A DNA stretch of 64,000 bases from Planctomycetota bacterium (GTDB lineage: Bacteria > Planctomycetota > MHYJ01 > WSZJ01): positions 100,023-164,022 of the forward strand of contig JBBTCT010000007.1 of assembly GCA_038060895.1 (NCBI GenBank), written 5' to 3'. Under the pieces are notes generated by a model, which was given only the letters and a program-made list of their open reading frames with translations, searched no databases and was not told the DNA's origin. The stretch's first letter is position 1, and each line of letters begins with the position of its first letter. This document shows positions 1 through 9,415 of this stretch, piece by piece. A program made the position numbers and the translations under genes.

Positions 1-363
1 ACCCGCCCGCTGCTCTTCCGTGTCCGCCGCCGCGCGCGTGTCCGCCAGCACCAGTGCGCTCACCCGCGCACGATGACGCTTCCACAGTTCAAACGCCACG
101 TACCCGCCCATCGACAGCCCGCAGAACGCCGCACGCCGGATCCCCAGCGCGTCCAGCGTCTCCACCACGTCGTCCGCCATCTCCGCCATCGAAGCCGAAG
201 CGGCCACCGATGAGCCGCCAAATCCGCGCAGGCTCACCGCCACCAGGAGATTCCGCTCCCGCAGCCGCGCGAAATTCGGATACCACATCGAAGACGAAAG
301 CGGAAATCCGTGAAGCAGCACCAGCACGGGTCCTTCACCGGCGGCCTTGAACAGCAGCTTCAT
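1..363 (-). CDS. alpha/beta-fold hydrolase (PcaD-like), runs off the window at its 3' end
   Basis: Not in the ORF track. Manual minus-strand translation from ATG 363 gives MKLLFKAAGEGPVLVLLHGFPLSSSMW...SLRGFGGS...CGLSMGGYVA, with the HGF oxyanion and GxSxGG nucleophile motifs. Upstream RBS GAGGGG. Confidence 0.9.
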   Translation of the reverse strand, partial: MKLLFKAAGEGPVLVLLHGFPLSSSMWYPNFARLRERNLLVAVSLRGFGGSSVAASASMAEMADDVVETLDALGIRRAAFCGLSMGGYVAFELWKRHRARVSALVLADTRAAADTEEQRAG

Positions 364-402
364 TCGTGACCCCTCTCATCAGGCCGGAACATGGGCCGTC
401 CC

Positions 403-557
403 ATCGCCGGGCGTGGCGGGTCGGGAAGCGCCGCGTCGGGCGGCGCGCAAAGTTCACGCGACCCTCGATCGACGTGCTGCGGCCGCGCTTGCGCCGCAAC
501 CCCGCCAAATCACGGCGCCGCCCGACGCGCGCTTCCCGACCCGCCACGCCCGGCGAT
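403..557. repeat. long inverted repeat (arms ~403-446 and ~515-557) directly 3' of tRNA-Leu
   Basis: atcgccgggcgtggcgggtcgggaagcgccgcgtcgggcggcgc is the reverse complement, with one indel, of gcgccgcccgacgcgcgcttcccgacccgccacgcccggcgat. Confidence 0.9.
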
Positions 558-640
558 AGCGGAGGAGGGAATTGAACCCTCATGAGTGTGACCTCGACGG
601 ATTTTGAATCCGTTGCGTCTGCCAGTTCCGCCACTCCGCC
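557..640 (-). tRNA. tRNA-Leu(CAA)
   Basis: Reverse complement reads GGCGGAGTGGCGGAACTGGCAGACGCAACGGATTCAAAATCCGT...GGTTCAATTCCCTCCTCCGCTA. Anticodon loop TTCAAAA, long variable arm, no encoded CCA. Confidence 0.95.
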
Positions 641-740
641 TCGCGGACGGGAGCGGAAGGGGCGTCCTGAACCCCGGGGCGGCGCACCTGGCGCGCCGCA
701 CCCGGGATTCAGGACGCCCCTTCCGCTCCCGTCCGCGAGG
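639..740. repeat. long inverted repeat directly 5' of tRNA-Leu
   Basis: cctcgcggacgggagcggaaggggcgtcctgaa (639-671) pairs perfectly with ttcaggacgccccttccgctcccgtccgcgagg (708-740); the stem continues imperfectly inward. Confidence 0.92.
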
Positions 741-827
741 AGAATAGCGCGAAAGAGACATTGTACCAAGCTCGAGGGGCGGGAACCGGGGGGTGGGCGT
801 TGCGTCGTGCGACCGCCACCGCGCCAC

Positions 828-1646
828 CTAACGGTTCGGCCGGCTGGCGCCGATAGTTCCTACTGAGCGCTCACACTTTGGAGGCGAAGCGGGATTTCCT
901 GAGCTCCTCCCTTGCCCGAAGCCGGGGACGGAACTCCGGGGCGCGGGACGACACGTGCCGCGGTTTGGGGCCCTGACTTCGCAGCCGTAGTTTCGACCGT
1001 AACCGCAGCCACGCTCGTACCTGATGGAAAATCGTCGCGTGGTCGCCCGCGGCATCTGCCGGCTCCTCAGACCCCAGGTAACGGACTCGACCCCGCGCGC
1101 CGCTTGCGACGCCCGGGCCCTTCCTTCGGCCTCGCGCCGCGCCGCCTGCAGCTGGTCCCGGTCGGCGGCCAGCTCCTGCGCCTCGGACGCCGTTACCCAC
1201 CTGCCCTCGAACTTGATCATTCCGCGGGCGATCAGCAGATCCTCCCCGCGCAGCCACCGGTCCCCGACTTTTTCGTATCCGAGTCGCTCGCGCGCCTCGG
1301 GGTGATTCGAGTCCACAGCGATCACCGCTTCCAGCTCAATGCGTTCGCACCTTGAAAGCCCCGCTTCGGCGCACCAGTCGGCCAGCGCCAGGTGCCCGTT
1401 CACGTCACGCCTGGCGAGCGTAGCGGCCCTCGAAGCGTATTCGTCGGCTGGAGACACGGCGGATTCCACCTTCTCCACGTCCGCGAGAGGAATCTTCACC
1501 GTTCCGTTCTCAAGGCGAATCACAAGCCGGTCTCCCGACACGCTCGTGACTCCTTCCAGGCGCCCTCCGCTCTTCAGGATGACGACGTCTGCGAAGGCCG
1601 AAGCGCCGGCCAGGCAGAAGAGGCACGCGGCGATGGCGGGTTTCAT
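828..1646 (-). CDS. secreted hypothetical protein (D-x-x-x-LK-x-G-x-x-x-EG N-terminal domain plus helical region)
   Basis: Signal peptide ending ASAFA-D; motifs LADWC, HPEARERLGY, RGMIKFEGRW; paralogous to 4935-6014. Confidence 0.75.
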   Translation of the reverse strand: MKPAIAACLFCLAGASAFADVVILKSGGRLEGVTSVSGDRLVIRLENGTVKIPLADVEKVESAVSPADEYASRAATLARRDVNGHLALADWCAEAGLSRCERIELEAVIAVDSNHPEARERLGYEKVGDRWLRGEDLLIARGMIKFEGRWVTASEAQELAADRDQLQAARREAEGRARASQAARGVESVTWGLRSRQMPRATTRRFSIRYERGCGYGRNYGCEVRAPNRGTCRPAPRSSVPGFGQGRSSGNPASPPKCERSVGTIGASRPNR

Positions 1647-1912
1647 GGAACTGGCTCCAATACCGGGATGGGGACCGGGCTCTCGCGGGATCGTAACTGC
1701 AACGATCGGAGCGGGCAGGGATTTCTGCGCGTGCCGCGGCCGGGGCAGCGGGCCGGTGCGATGGTAAAACGCCTAAAGTCAAGCAAGATCTGAAGCTGCC
1801 CGGCGCATTCAGGAATATCTCTGACGCACCGCGGCAATTCCCAACTTCCCTCTCCCGGCAGTCGCCGGATTCAGCTACAATGGCCCTCCCGCGTATAGAG
1901 GGAGTGAGAGGC

Positions 1913-2554
1913 ATGAAAGCTCTGAAAGCCAAGCCCGCGAAGTCCACTTCGAAGTCTTCGAAGGAACCCGAATTCAAGGCGGTCCTCAAGGACCCTGCGG
2001 TTCGCGAAGTATTCCTGCCCGGCAACGGCGTGGGCATTTTCGCGCCGCACGGGGGCGGGATCGAGCCCGGGACCGAGGAAATCGCACGGGCGGTGGCCCA
2101 GGCGACCGGCGCGACGTTGTACGTGCTGTCGGCGAAGAGGCCGACAGGAAACACGGCGCTTCATGTGACCGTGACACGCATGCTCACCGGCATCTCCCCG
2201 AAACTCGACCAGGCCATCGCGGCGACGCGGGTGGCGATCTCGATTCACGGGCACGGCCGCACGAAGGACGGCGGACCGGTCTACGTGAGCGGCCTCGCCG
2301 TGGAGGCCGTGGAACTCTGCGCCGGGGCGATGCGGCACGCGCTGCGGGGCGCGTACGAGGTCGTGGACGAGCACGACCGGATCCCCGACGACCTCGCCGG
2401 GCTGGACAAGGACAACATCATCAACCGCGTGCCGAAGAAGGGCGTGCAGATCGAGCTTCCTCGCGCGCTGCGCGACGAAGCGGTTCCGGCCATCCGGGGT
2501 GCGGCGGCGCAGCTGGTTACGGCACTGATCGAAGTGGTGCGCGAACTCGGATAG
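1913..2554 (+). CDS. poly-gamma-glutamate hydrolase family protein (YjqB/DUF867)
   Basis: Motifs APHGGGIEPGT, LHVT, ISIHG, NIINR and GVQIELPR. RBS GGAG upstream of ATG 1913. Confidence 0.85.
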   Translation: MKALKAKPAKSTSKSSKEPEFKAVLKDPAVREVFLPGNGVGIFAPHGGGIEPGTEEIARAVAQATGATLYVLSAKRPTGNTALHVTVTRMLTGISPKLDQAIAATRVAISIHGHGRTKDGGPVYVSGLAVEAVELCAGAMRHALRGAYEVVDEHDRIPDDLAGLDKDNIINRVPKKGVQIELPRALRDEAVPAIRGAAAQLVTALIEVVRELG

Positions 2555-2580
2555 CTGCGGACTCAAGCTTGATCTCACCG

Positions 2581-2608
2581 GCGGGGTGAAAACCCCGCCG
2601 TTTTTTTT
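2581..2608 (+). terminator. intrinsic terminator
   Basis: gcggggt-gaaa-accccgc stem followed by a T8 tract. Confidence 0.8.
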
Positions 2609-2617
2609 GGAAGTGCA

Positions 2618-4927
2618 CTAACCGACGAGCTTCTTGAGCGCCGCTTCCGCCGCCTCGCGAACCAGGGCTTCCGGATCGTTCAGCAGCTCACGAAGCTGGG
2701 GAAGGGTGGGCGCGGCGAGGTCGCGACGGCAATTGCCGATTCCGGCGCACGCCGCGGCCCTCACGCCCGCGTCGGGATCCTTGAGAAGCACGGAGAGCGG
2801 TTCCAGCGGGTCGGGGTCTCGCGAGCCGACCTTCCCCAGCGCGGCCGCCGCGTGGATGCGGGTTGCCGCCTCCGGGTGCTTCGAAGCCTCGGCGAGTGCG
2901 GGGATGGCGACTTCGCGGAAGAGCGGGCCGATGGTCGACATCATGGTCGTGATGTTGCTGGTGAGCGCGCGGAGTGCTGCGGCGATGACGCGGCCGTCCT
3001 TGTCTTTCACGAGGGCGGCGATTTTCGCGACGGCGGCGCTCTGGTCGGCGCAGCCGTCGAGGTACGGCATCACGCAGGTGGCCCGGACTTCGCCGTCGGT
3101 GTCCGCGAGCGCGGCCTCGCAGGCCCTGGAAGTGTCGGAGTCGTGCGCCCCGATCCCGGAGAGGGCGGCGGCGGCGGCTCGCCGCAACGGAACGTCCGGG
3201 TCGCGAAGCAACAGGCAGAGTGCGGGAATGGCCGCGGCGCCCACCTGGCCCGTGGCGCCGAGTTTTTCGGCGCCCAGAAGGCGCATCGCGGTGTCGGTGC
3301 CCTCCACCAGCGCGACCAGCGCAGGCACCCCGGCGGCGCCCATGCCGCTCAACGCGTCGGCGGCCGCCAGGCGGACGTCCTTGTCCCCGTCGGCGAGAAG
3401 CGCAGCGACCGCTGCGGCCGCGGGCGCGCCAATCGCCTTCAGCGCTTCGGTCGCCGCGAGGCGGTGGCCTGGAGATGGCGGATTGCGGAAGACTTCCAGG
3501 ACCGCAGGGACGACCGCGACGCCCGAGGCGCCCAGGGCGCGGATGGCGGCGGCCCGCGTGAACGGATCCGGCGATCCCAGCGCCTCGACCGCCTGCGGCG
3601 ACGCGCCTGCCCCGAGTCGTCCGAAGGCGTCGGCCGCGGCAGCCCTCACTTCGGCGTCCTCGTCCTTGAACGCACGGACGAGAGAAGCGGCGGCCGGGGC
3701 GGCGGCGGCGCCCGCTTCGCCCAGCGCGGCGCATGCGCGGCGTCGCGCGGCGGGGGAAGGGAGAGCGAGGGCGCCCTCGATGAAATCGATGGCGGGGGTG
3801 CCTATGCGGCCGAGAGCCCACACGGCCTTGCCCGCCACGAATTCGTCCTCTTCTCCGAGGATTTCCGCGAGGGCGGACGAGGCGGCTGCCGCGGCGGGGC
3901 CGATGACGCCCAGTGCGGTGGCGGCGGCGGCGCGGGATTTCGGATCGGCGTCGGCGAGCCCTTCGGTCAAGGCAGGGACGGCCGCTTCACCAAATCCCCC
4001 CATCGCCTTGTAAGCGCGGGCGCGGATCGCGGGGCGCGCGCCCTTGAGGTTTTTGCGGACGGGCTCGAGAGCCGAGGGGCCTACTTTTGCGAGGGACTCA
4101 GCCGCGACTTCGGCGACGGCCTCGTTCGAGTCCGACAGAAGCACGGCGAGCGCTTCGGCGGCCGGCGCCGCGCCGGCGCCCATGCGCCAGAGGCCCCGGA
4201 CGCCGGCAAGCCGGAGCGCCAGGTCGGGATCGCCGATGGCTTCAATGAACGGTTCGAGGGGAGGCTGGACGGCGGGAAGCATGGCCGCCAGAGCCACGAG
4301 CGCGCGCACCCGGATCGGGCGACCGGTTTCCCGGCAGGCCGCGACGATGTCCGGCACCGCCGGCTGGCCGATCGCGCCGAGAGCCTGCACCGCCATTTCA
4401 CGGACACGGCTCGAATCGTCGGCCAGAGACAGGACGAGAGCGGCGGAAGCGGGAGCGGCGTACGCGGCGAGGGCCCGGAGCGCGTCGGCGGCGGCGACGC
4501 GGACGACGGGGTCTTCGTCGGCGAGGGCCAGCGCCAGCGCCGGGACGCCCGCGGCCCCTTGCGCCCCCATCACGGCGAAGGATGTCGCCGCGGCGGCGCG
4601 CACGTCGGCGTGCTTATGGTGAAGCAATTCGAGCAAGGTAGGGATGGCGCCCGGTCCGATGCGGCCGAGGGCCACGATGGCCGCGCCCTGCTCCTGTCTG
4701 TTCGGGGACTCAAGGACAACGGCCCACTGGGCGATGTCCTTGCCCTGGTAGGAATTCAGCGCCGGGAACTTCGTTTCGTTCGGGGACCGTTCTCCCCCGG
4801 CCGGAACCGCGGCGGCGCCCTGCCCCGGGGGCGGAAGCGGCGCGGGTGCCGGAGTTTTTTTTTCGCAGCCGGTCGCGAGGAGCGTGAGCCCGGCAACCGC
4901 CGCAGCAAGCCTCTTCATCAACCGCAT
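2618..4927 (-). CDS. HEAT/PBS-lyase repeat lipoprotein
   Basis: Lipobox LLATGC and many LxDxDxxVRxxAAxALG repeats. Confidence 0.85.
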   Translation of the reverse strand: MRLMKRLAAAVAGLTLLATGCEKKTPAPAPLPPPGQGAAAVPAGGERSPNETKFPALNSYQGKDIAQWAVVLESPNRQEQGAAIVALGRIGPGAIPTLLELLHHKHADVRAAAATSFAVMGAQGAAGVPALALALADEDPVVRVAAADALRALAAYAAPASAALVLSLADDSSRVREMAVQALGAIGQPAVPDIVAACRETGRPIRVRALVALAAMLPAVQPPLEPFIEAIGDPDLALRLAGVRGLWRMGAGAAPAAEALAVLLSDSNEAVAEVAAESLAKVGPSALEPVRKNLKGARPAIRARAYKAMGGFGEAAVPALTEGLADADPKSRAAAATALGVIGPAAAAASSALAEILGEEDEFVAGKAVWALGRIGTPAIDFIEGALALPSPAARRRACAALGEAGAAAAPAAASLVRAFKDEDAEVRAAAADAFGRLGAGASPQAVEALGSPDPFTRAAAIRALGASGVAVVPAVLEVFRNPPSPGHRLAATEALKAIGAPAAAAVAALLADGDKDVRLAAADALSGMGAAGVPALVALVEGTDTAMRLLGAEKLGATGQVGAAAIPALCLLLRDPDVPLRRAAAAALSGIGAHDSDTSRACEAALADTDGEVRATCVMPYLDGCADQSAAVAKIAALVKDKDGRVIAAALRALTSNITTMMSTIGPLFREVAIPALAEASKHPEAATRIHAAAALGKVGSRDPDPLEPLSVLLKDPDAGVRAAACAGIGNCRRDLAAPTLPQLRELLNDPEALVREAAEAALKKLVG

Positions 4928-4934
4928 TGTAGAC

Positions 4935-6014
4935 TCACCGGACCGGCTTCGCCTTCTCCCACGCACCCTTCGCCTTCTCTTCCTCGCTCTTCGCCGCGGC
5001 AGCCAGCTGCTCCAGCTCCTGCAGCCCCGCCAACGCCTCCGCTTCCGCCGCCGCCGCCGCCTTCGCGTCCTTCTCCGCCTTCGCTTCCCCGGCCTCGGCA
5101 GCGCTGATGGCCGCTCCGAGCGACGCCGCGAGCTTCTCCAGGTCCGCCACTCGCCGTTCGGCCTGCGACAGGTCGAACTCCGCCATCGCGAACGCCTTCT
5201 TCGCCCGGCGCAGGTCCAGGTCCGCCTGCCCCGCCACGTTCGGCTCCTCGCGCTGCGCCCGCAGCCGCTCCTGGTCGTAGAACCACTGCGCCCGCTCGAC
5301 CGCCCGCTCCGCGCTGTCCCGCGAACGGTCCGCCGCCTTCACGTCCGCTTCCGCACCCGGGATCGCCGCTTCCGTGTCCGCATGTTCGCGCGTCCGCGCG
5401 ACGATCGCCCGCGCAGCCGCATCCCGCGACGCTTCCGCCCGCTCCCTGGCATGGCGCTCGCGCAAAGCAGCCGCGCGCCCCGCCGCAAGGCGCTCGTCCA
5501 TCTTCTTGCGGATCTGCTGCGAAAGCCGCCAGGAATACTCCAGCGGATGCGTCCAGCGGCCCTCGAAGCGCACCCACCCGCGCCCCTGGTAGTACGTGTC
5601 CGGGTCCTGCCACTCCCCAGCAACCAGGTGCCAATCGCGCGAGGCCAGCTCGTCCGAGGCGGCCTTGAAGTCCGGGTCGAGCGTGGCCGCCGCGATGAAA
5701 TGCCGGATCGCGTCCTTCTCGAGTTTCACCGACTCCAGCCACTCCGCGAGCTCGAACTGCGACTTCGCGTCCTTCTCGTCGAGATCCTTCATCCGCTCCG
5801 CGTATTCCTGCTCCGGCGTGAGCTTCTCTTCGATCGACGCAATCTTGTCTTTCTCCAGCGTGATCGCCCCCATGCGGAGCTTCACCTTCACGACGTTCCC
5901 GTCGTCCGAAATCACGTCGCCCTCGATGACGCGGCCATCCTTCAGCGTGATCAGGTCGGCCCGCGCCCTTCCAGCGGCGAGGACAAGTGCGGCCAGAACG
6001 AGTGCCCGTTTCAT
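4935..6014 (-). CDS. secreted hypothetical protein with long coiled coil, paralog of 828-1646
   Basis: Signal peptide MKRALVLAALVLAAGRARA-D; motifs DLITLKDGRVIEG, FELAEW, RGWVRFEGRW; Ala/Glu/Arg-rich C-terminus. Confidence 0.8.
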   Translation of the reverse strand: MKRALVLAALVLAAGRARADLITLKDGRVIEGDVISDDGNVVKVKLRMGAITLEKDKIASIEEKLTPEQEYAERMKDLDEKDAKSQFELAEWLESVKLEKDAIRHFIAAATLDPDFKAASDELASRDWHLVAGEWQDPDTYYQGRGWVRFEGRWTHPLEYSWRLSQQIRKKMDERLAAGRAAALRERHARERAEASRDAAARAIVARTREHADTEAAIPGAEADVKAADRSRDSAERAVERAQWFYDQERLRAQREEPNVAGQADLDLRRAKKAFAMAEFDLSQAERRVADLEKLAASLGAAISAAEAGEAKAEKDAKAAAAAEAEALAGLQELEQLAAAAKSEEEKAKGAWEKAKPVR

Positions 6015-6112
6015 GGCGAATGTCCCGAAAAGTGGACGCGACAGCGGTCCCCCGCAGTATAAAGCAATCGCCGTGCCCCGAATCCGGCTTACGCCTCTTC
6101 CAGGAGCCCGCC

Positions 6113-9100
6113 ATGCGCCCGATCGCAACGCTCGCCCTCCTCACTCTCGCTCTTCAAGCGACGGCCCAGACCCAGGGCCTGTTCCGCTTCCCTTCCACTC
6201 ACGGCGATCGCGTCGTCTTCTCGTGCGAGGGGGATCTCTGGGAAGCGCCCCTTGCCGGGGGCGAAGCGCGGAGGCTGACGAGCGCGCCGGGGAAGGAGCA
6301 GCACGCGACGTACTCCGCGGACGGAAAGTGGATCGCATTCACGGCGGACTACGACGGGAGCTCCGACGTCTACGTGATGCCGGCGCGCGGCGGCGAGCCT
6401 CGCCGGCTGACGTGGAGCCCGGACGCGGAGCGCGTCATAGGGTGGGATCACGAAGGTCGCGTCCTGTTCCGCTCGCGCGGCGAGCTGCCGTTCGGGATGT
6501 GGACCGCGTGGCGGGTCGCCCCCGCCGGCGGGGATCCCGTGAAAATCCCGCTTGGCGAGGCCATCCAGGTTTCGTTCGCGGCGGACGGGCGGTGCGCGTT
6601 CGTGATGTGGATGTGGGAGAATCAGCACTGGAAGCGCTACTCCGGCGGGCTCGCTTCGGACATCTGGGTCGGCGACCTCGAAAATAAAACATACACGCGT
6701 CTGACCGACTGGAAGGGGAACGACGCCTACCCAATGTGGCAGGGTGACCGCATCTACTACCTGACGGACCGCGACGGCGTGCAGAACATCTGGTCCTCGA
6801 AGCCGGACGGCGCCGACCGGAAGCCGCACACGAAACATGCAGGCTACGACGTCCGGTTTCCGACCCTTGGCGACGGGAAAATCGCCTACCAGCTCGGCGG
6901 AGACATCCGTGTCTTCGACTGCGCCTCCGGCGAAGACCGCGCCGTGGACGTCAGGCTTCCTTCCGACCGCCTCCAGGCGCGCGCCCGGCTCGCGGAGCCT
7001 GCCTCGAACATCGGGCGCATCGGCCTCTCGCCCGACGGAACGCGGCTCGTCGCCGCGGCGCGCGGCGAGATCTTCTCGATCCCCTTCAAGGAGGGACGAC
7101 TCGTCAACCTCACCGGCACGCCGGGCATCCGCGAGCGCGCCGCCACCTGGTCGCCGGACGGCAAGCGCGTCGCGTGCCTGTCCGACGCGACGGGGGAATA
7201 CGAAATCTGGCTGCTGGACCCGACACAGGAAAAGCCCGCGGCGCAGCTCACGAAAAACGGAAAGGGCTGGAAGCTGCCGCCCGTGTGGTCGCCGGACTCC
7301 ACGCAGCTGGCCTGGGCGGACATGGAAGGGCGGCTCTGGCGCGTGGACGTTGCAACGGGCGCGTCGAAACAGATCGACGCGTGCGGAACCTGGGAGATCT
7401 CTGCTTACTCCTGGTCCCCCGATTCGCGCTTCCTCGCCTACGACTTCCCTTCCGATACGTGGAATTCGGTGATCAAGATTCACGACACGAAGGAGGGCCG
7501 CACGGAAGCCGTGACCGACGCGCGCTGGAACTCGACCAGTCCTTCCTGGGACCCGGAGGGAAAGTTCCTCGCGTTCCTTTCCGCGCGCACCATCAATCCG
7601 AAATCCGGGGACTACACCTTTGAGTACAACTTCGGGATCGACGAAACCGTGAAGCCGTACCTGCTGCGCCTCACGGCCGGCGCGCGCGCGCCGTTCGAGC
7701 CCAGGGAACGCGGCCTGGTGACCGAAACGAAGGAGGAGAATGACGACGACGAAGACGACGGCAAGAAGAAGAAAAAGAAGAAGAGCGACGACAAACCCGA
7801 GCCGCCCGCGGCCGTCGTCATGGAGTGGGACGGACTCCTGGAGCGCTGCGTCGTAGCCCCGGTCCCCGCGGGAATCTGCCGCGACCTCGTTTTCGCGAAG
7901 GGCCGGCTCTTCTGGATCGCGTCGCGCAACAAGGGATGGGCCTCGGGCGACGAAGAAGAAGCCACTTCGCTGGTCGTTCTCGAACTCGAGTCAAAGAAGA
8001 AAATCGTCCTCGCGAAGGGCGCGACGGAATTTTCGCTCTCCGGCAACGGCGAGCGGGCCGTCGTCCGGGTCGCCGACGCTTTCACGCGCATCGACCGCGG
8101 CGCCGATTCGCTGCCGGCCGGTCCCGACACGACGTTCCGCACGGCGGGCTGGACGGTGCCGATTGACCCGGCGCAGGAATGGCGCCAGATCTGGAACGAA
8201 GTCTGGCGGCTGGAAAGGGATTTCTTCTACGACCCGCAGCATCACCGGGTGGACTGGGAAGCCGCGCGGAAGAAGTACGAACCGCTGCTCCCGCGCGTGT
8301 CGAGTCGCGAGGAACTGAACGACCTCGTCGGCGAAATGCTCGCGGAACTTTCAAATTCCCACGCCTACATTTCAGGCGGGGACGATCGCTCGGTCAAGCC
8401 GGTGCGCGTCGGCTCACTGGGCGCGAAGTTCGCGCCGGACGCGGCGGCAGGTCGCTACCGCGTGACCCGGATTTTCCGTGGCGACGTCTTCGACCCGAAG
8501 CGCACTTCGCCGCTCCTCGCAGCGGGGGTGAAAGAAGGCGAGTACCTGTTTGCCATCGACGGCACACCGGTGAAGGCGGGCGAAGGCTGGCAGCGCCTGC
8601 TCGTCGACAAACCCGAGAAGCCCGTGCTGCTGCGCTTCGGAACGAAGCCCGACGGATCGGACGCGCGGGACGTCTATGTCGTCGCGCTCGGCGGCGACGG
8701 TGCGCTCGTGTACGCGGACTGGGTCGAAGGAAACCGGCGCTACGTCGAAGAGAAGTCCGGCGGCAAGGTCGGCTACCTCCACGTTCCGGACATGGGAGGC
8801 CGCGGGCTCGTCGAGTTCGGGCGGCAGTTCCCGTGGCAGTCGCAGAAGGACGCGCTGGTCGTGGATGTCCGGTGGAATTCCGGCGGCAACACCCACGGCA
8901 TGATCCTCGAGCGTCTCCGCCGTTCCACGACGCACTTTGACAAACCGCGGCACTTCCGTCCCGAGCCGGTCTACTGGAGATCGGTGCGCGGCCACCTCGT
9001 CGCGCTCATGAACCACAACACTGCTTCCGACGGGGAGAATTTCATCCACGCCTGGCAGCACGACAACCTCGGCCCCGTGATCGGGACGCGCTCGTGGGGA

Positions 9101-9367
9101 GGCCTGGTCGGATACCGCGGCGACAAGGACCTCGTGGACGGTGGATTCAACGCGCAGCCCGAGTTCGCGCACTTCGGGTGGGACGGGAAATGGGTCGTGG
9201 AAGGCGACGGCGCGATCCCGGGAATTGACGTGACCAATGATCCCGGGGCACTGGCGGCGGGGCGCGACCCGCAACTCGACCGGGGAATCGAGGAAGCCCT
9301 GTCCCGGATCGCAAAGGAACCCAGGACGCCGCCGATCGCCCCTGAACCGCCCGACCGGTCGAAATAA
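6113..9367 (+). CDS. tricorn-type S41 family peptidase
   Basis: Signal peptide, PD40-like propeller repeats (WSPDG), PDZ region, VGYLHVPDM, DVRWNSGG, catalytic ASDGE, GTRSWGG. Confidence 0.93.
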   Translation: MRPIATLALLTLALQATAQTQGLFRFPSTHGDRVVFSCEGDLWEAPLAGGEARRLTSAPGKEQHATYSADGKWIAFTADYDGSSDVYVMPARGGEPRRLTWSPDAERVIGWDHEGRVLFRSRGELPFGMWTAWRVAPAGGDPVKIPLGEAIQVSFAADGRCAFVMWMWENQHWKRYSGGLASDIWVGDLENKTYTRLTDWKGNDAYPMWQGDRIYYLTDRDGVQNIWSSKPDGADRKPHTKHAGYDVRFPTLGDGKIAYQLGGDIRVFDCASGEDRAVDVRLPSDRLQARARLAEPASNIGRIGLSPDGTRLVAAARGEIFSIPFKEGRLVNLTGTPGIRERAATWSPDGKRVACLSDATGEYEIWLLDPTQEKPAAQLTKNGKGWKLPPVWSPDSTQLAWADMEGRLWRVDVATGASKQIDACGTWEISAYSWSPDSRFLAYDFPSDTWNSVIKIHDTKEGRTEAVTDARWNSTSPSWDPEGKFLAFLSARTINPKSGDYTFEYNFGIDETVKPYLLRLTAGARAPFEPRERGLVTETKEENDDDEDDGKKKKKKKSDDKPEPPAAVVMEWDGLLERCVVAPVPAGICRDLVFAKGRLFWIASRNKGWASGDEEEATSLVVLELESKKKIVLAKGATEFSLSGNGERAVVRVADAFTRIDRGADSLPAGPDTTFRTAGWTVPIDPAQEWRQIWNEVWRLERDFFYDPQHHRVDWEAARKKYEPLLPRVSSREELNDLVGEMLAELSNSHAYISGGDDRSVKPVRVGSLGAKFAPDAAAGRYRVTRIFRGDVFDPKRTSPLLAAGVKEGEYLFAIDGTPVKAGEGWQRLLVDKPEKPVLLRFGTKPDGSDARDVYVVALGGDGALVYADWVEGNRRYVEEKSGGKVGYLHVPDMGGRGLVEFGRQFPWQSQKDALVVDVRWNSGGNTHGMILERLRRSTTHFDKPRHFRPEPVYWRSVRGHLVALMNHNTASDGENFIHAWQHDNLGPVIGTRSWGGLVGYRGDKDLVDGGFNAQPEFAHFGWDGKWVVEGDGAIPGIDVTNDPGALAAGRDPQLDRGIEEALSRIAKEPRTPPIAPEPPDRSK

Positions 9368-9398
9368 AAACGGGGCCGGGAAAATTTCCCGGCCCCGT
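9366..9398 (-). terminator. intrinsic terminator between convergent genes
   Basis: acggggccgggaaa/tttcccggccccgt stem; the A-tract at 9366-9370 is a U-tract on the minus strand. Confidence 0.75.
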
Positions 9399-9415
9399 GA
9401 AGTAAGTCCTGGGGA

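Noticed and set aside
2852-5107. 751-aa plus-strand ORF, and similar long ORFs at 11593-13437, 33719-35356, 41904-43799, 53643-55757 and 61126-63057
   Set aside because: Antisense shadows of well-supported genes in high-GC DNA; no motifs and Arg/Gly-rich composition
7735-7795. Asp/Lys low-complexity tract in the tricorn protease
   Set aside because: An ordinary charged linker commonly seen in this family
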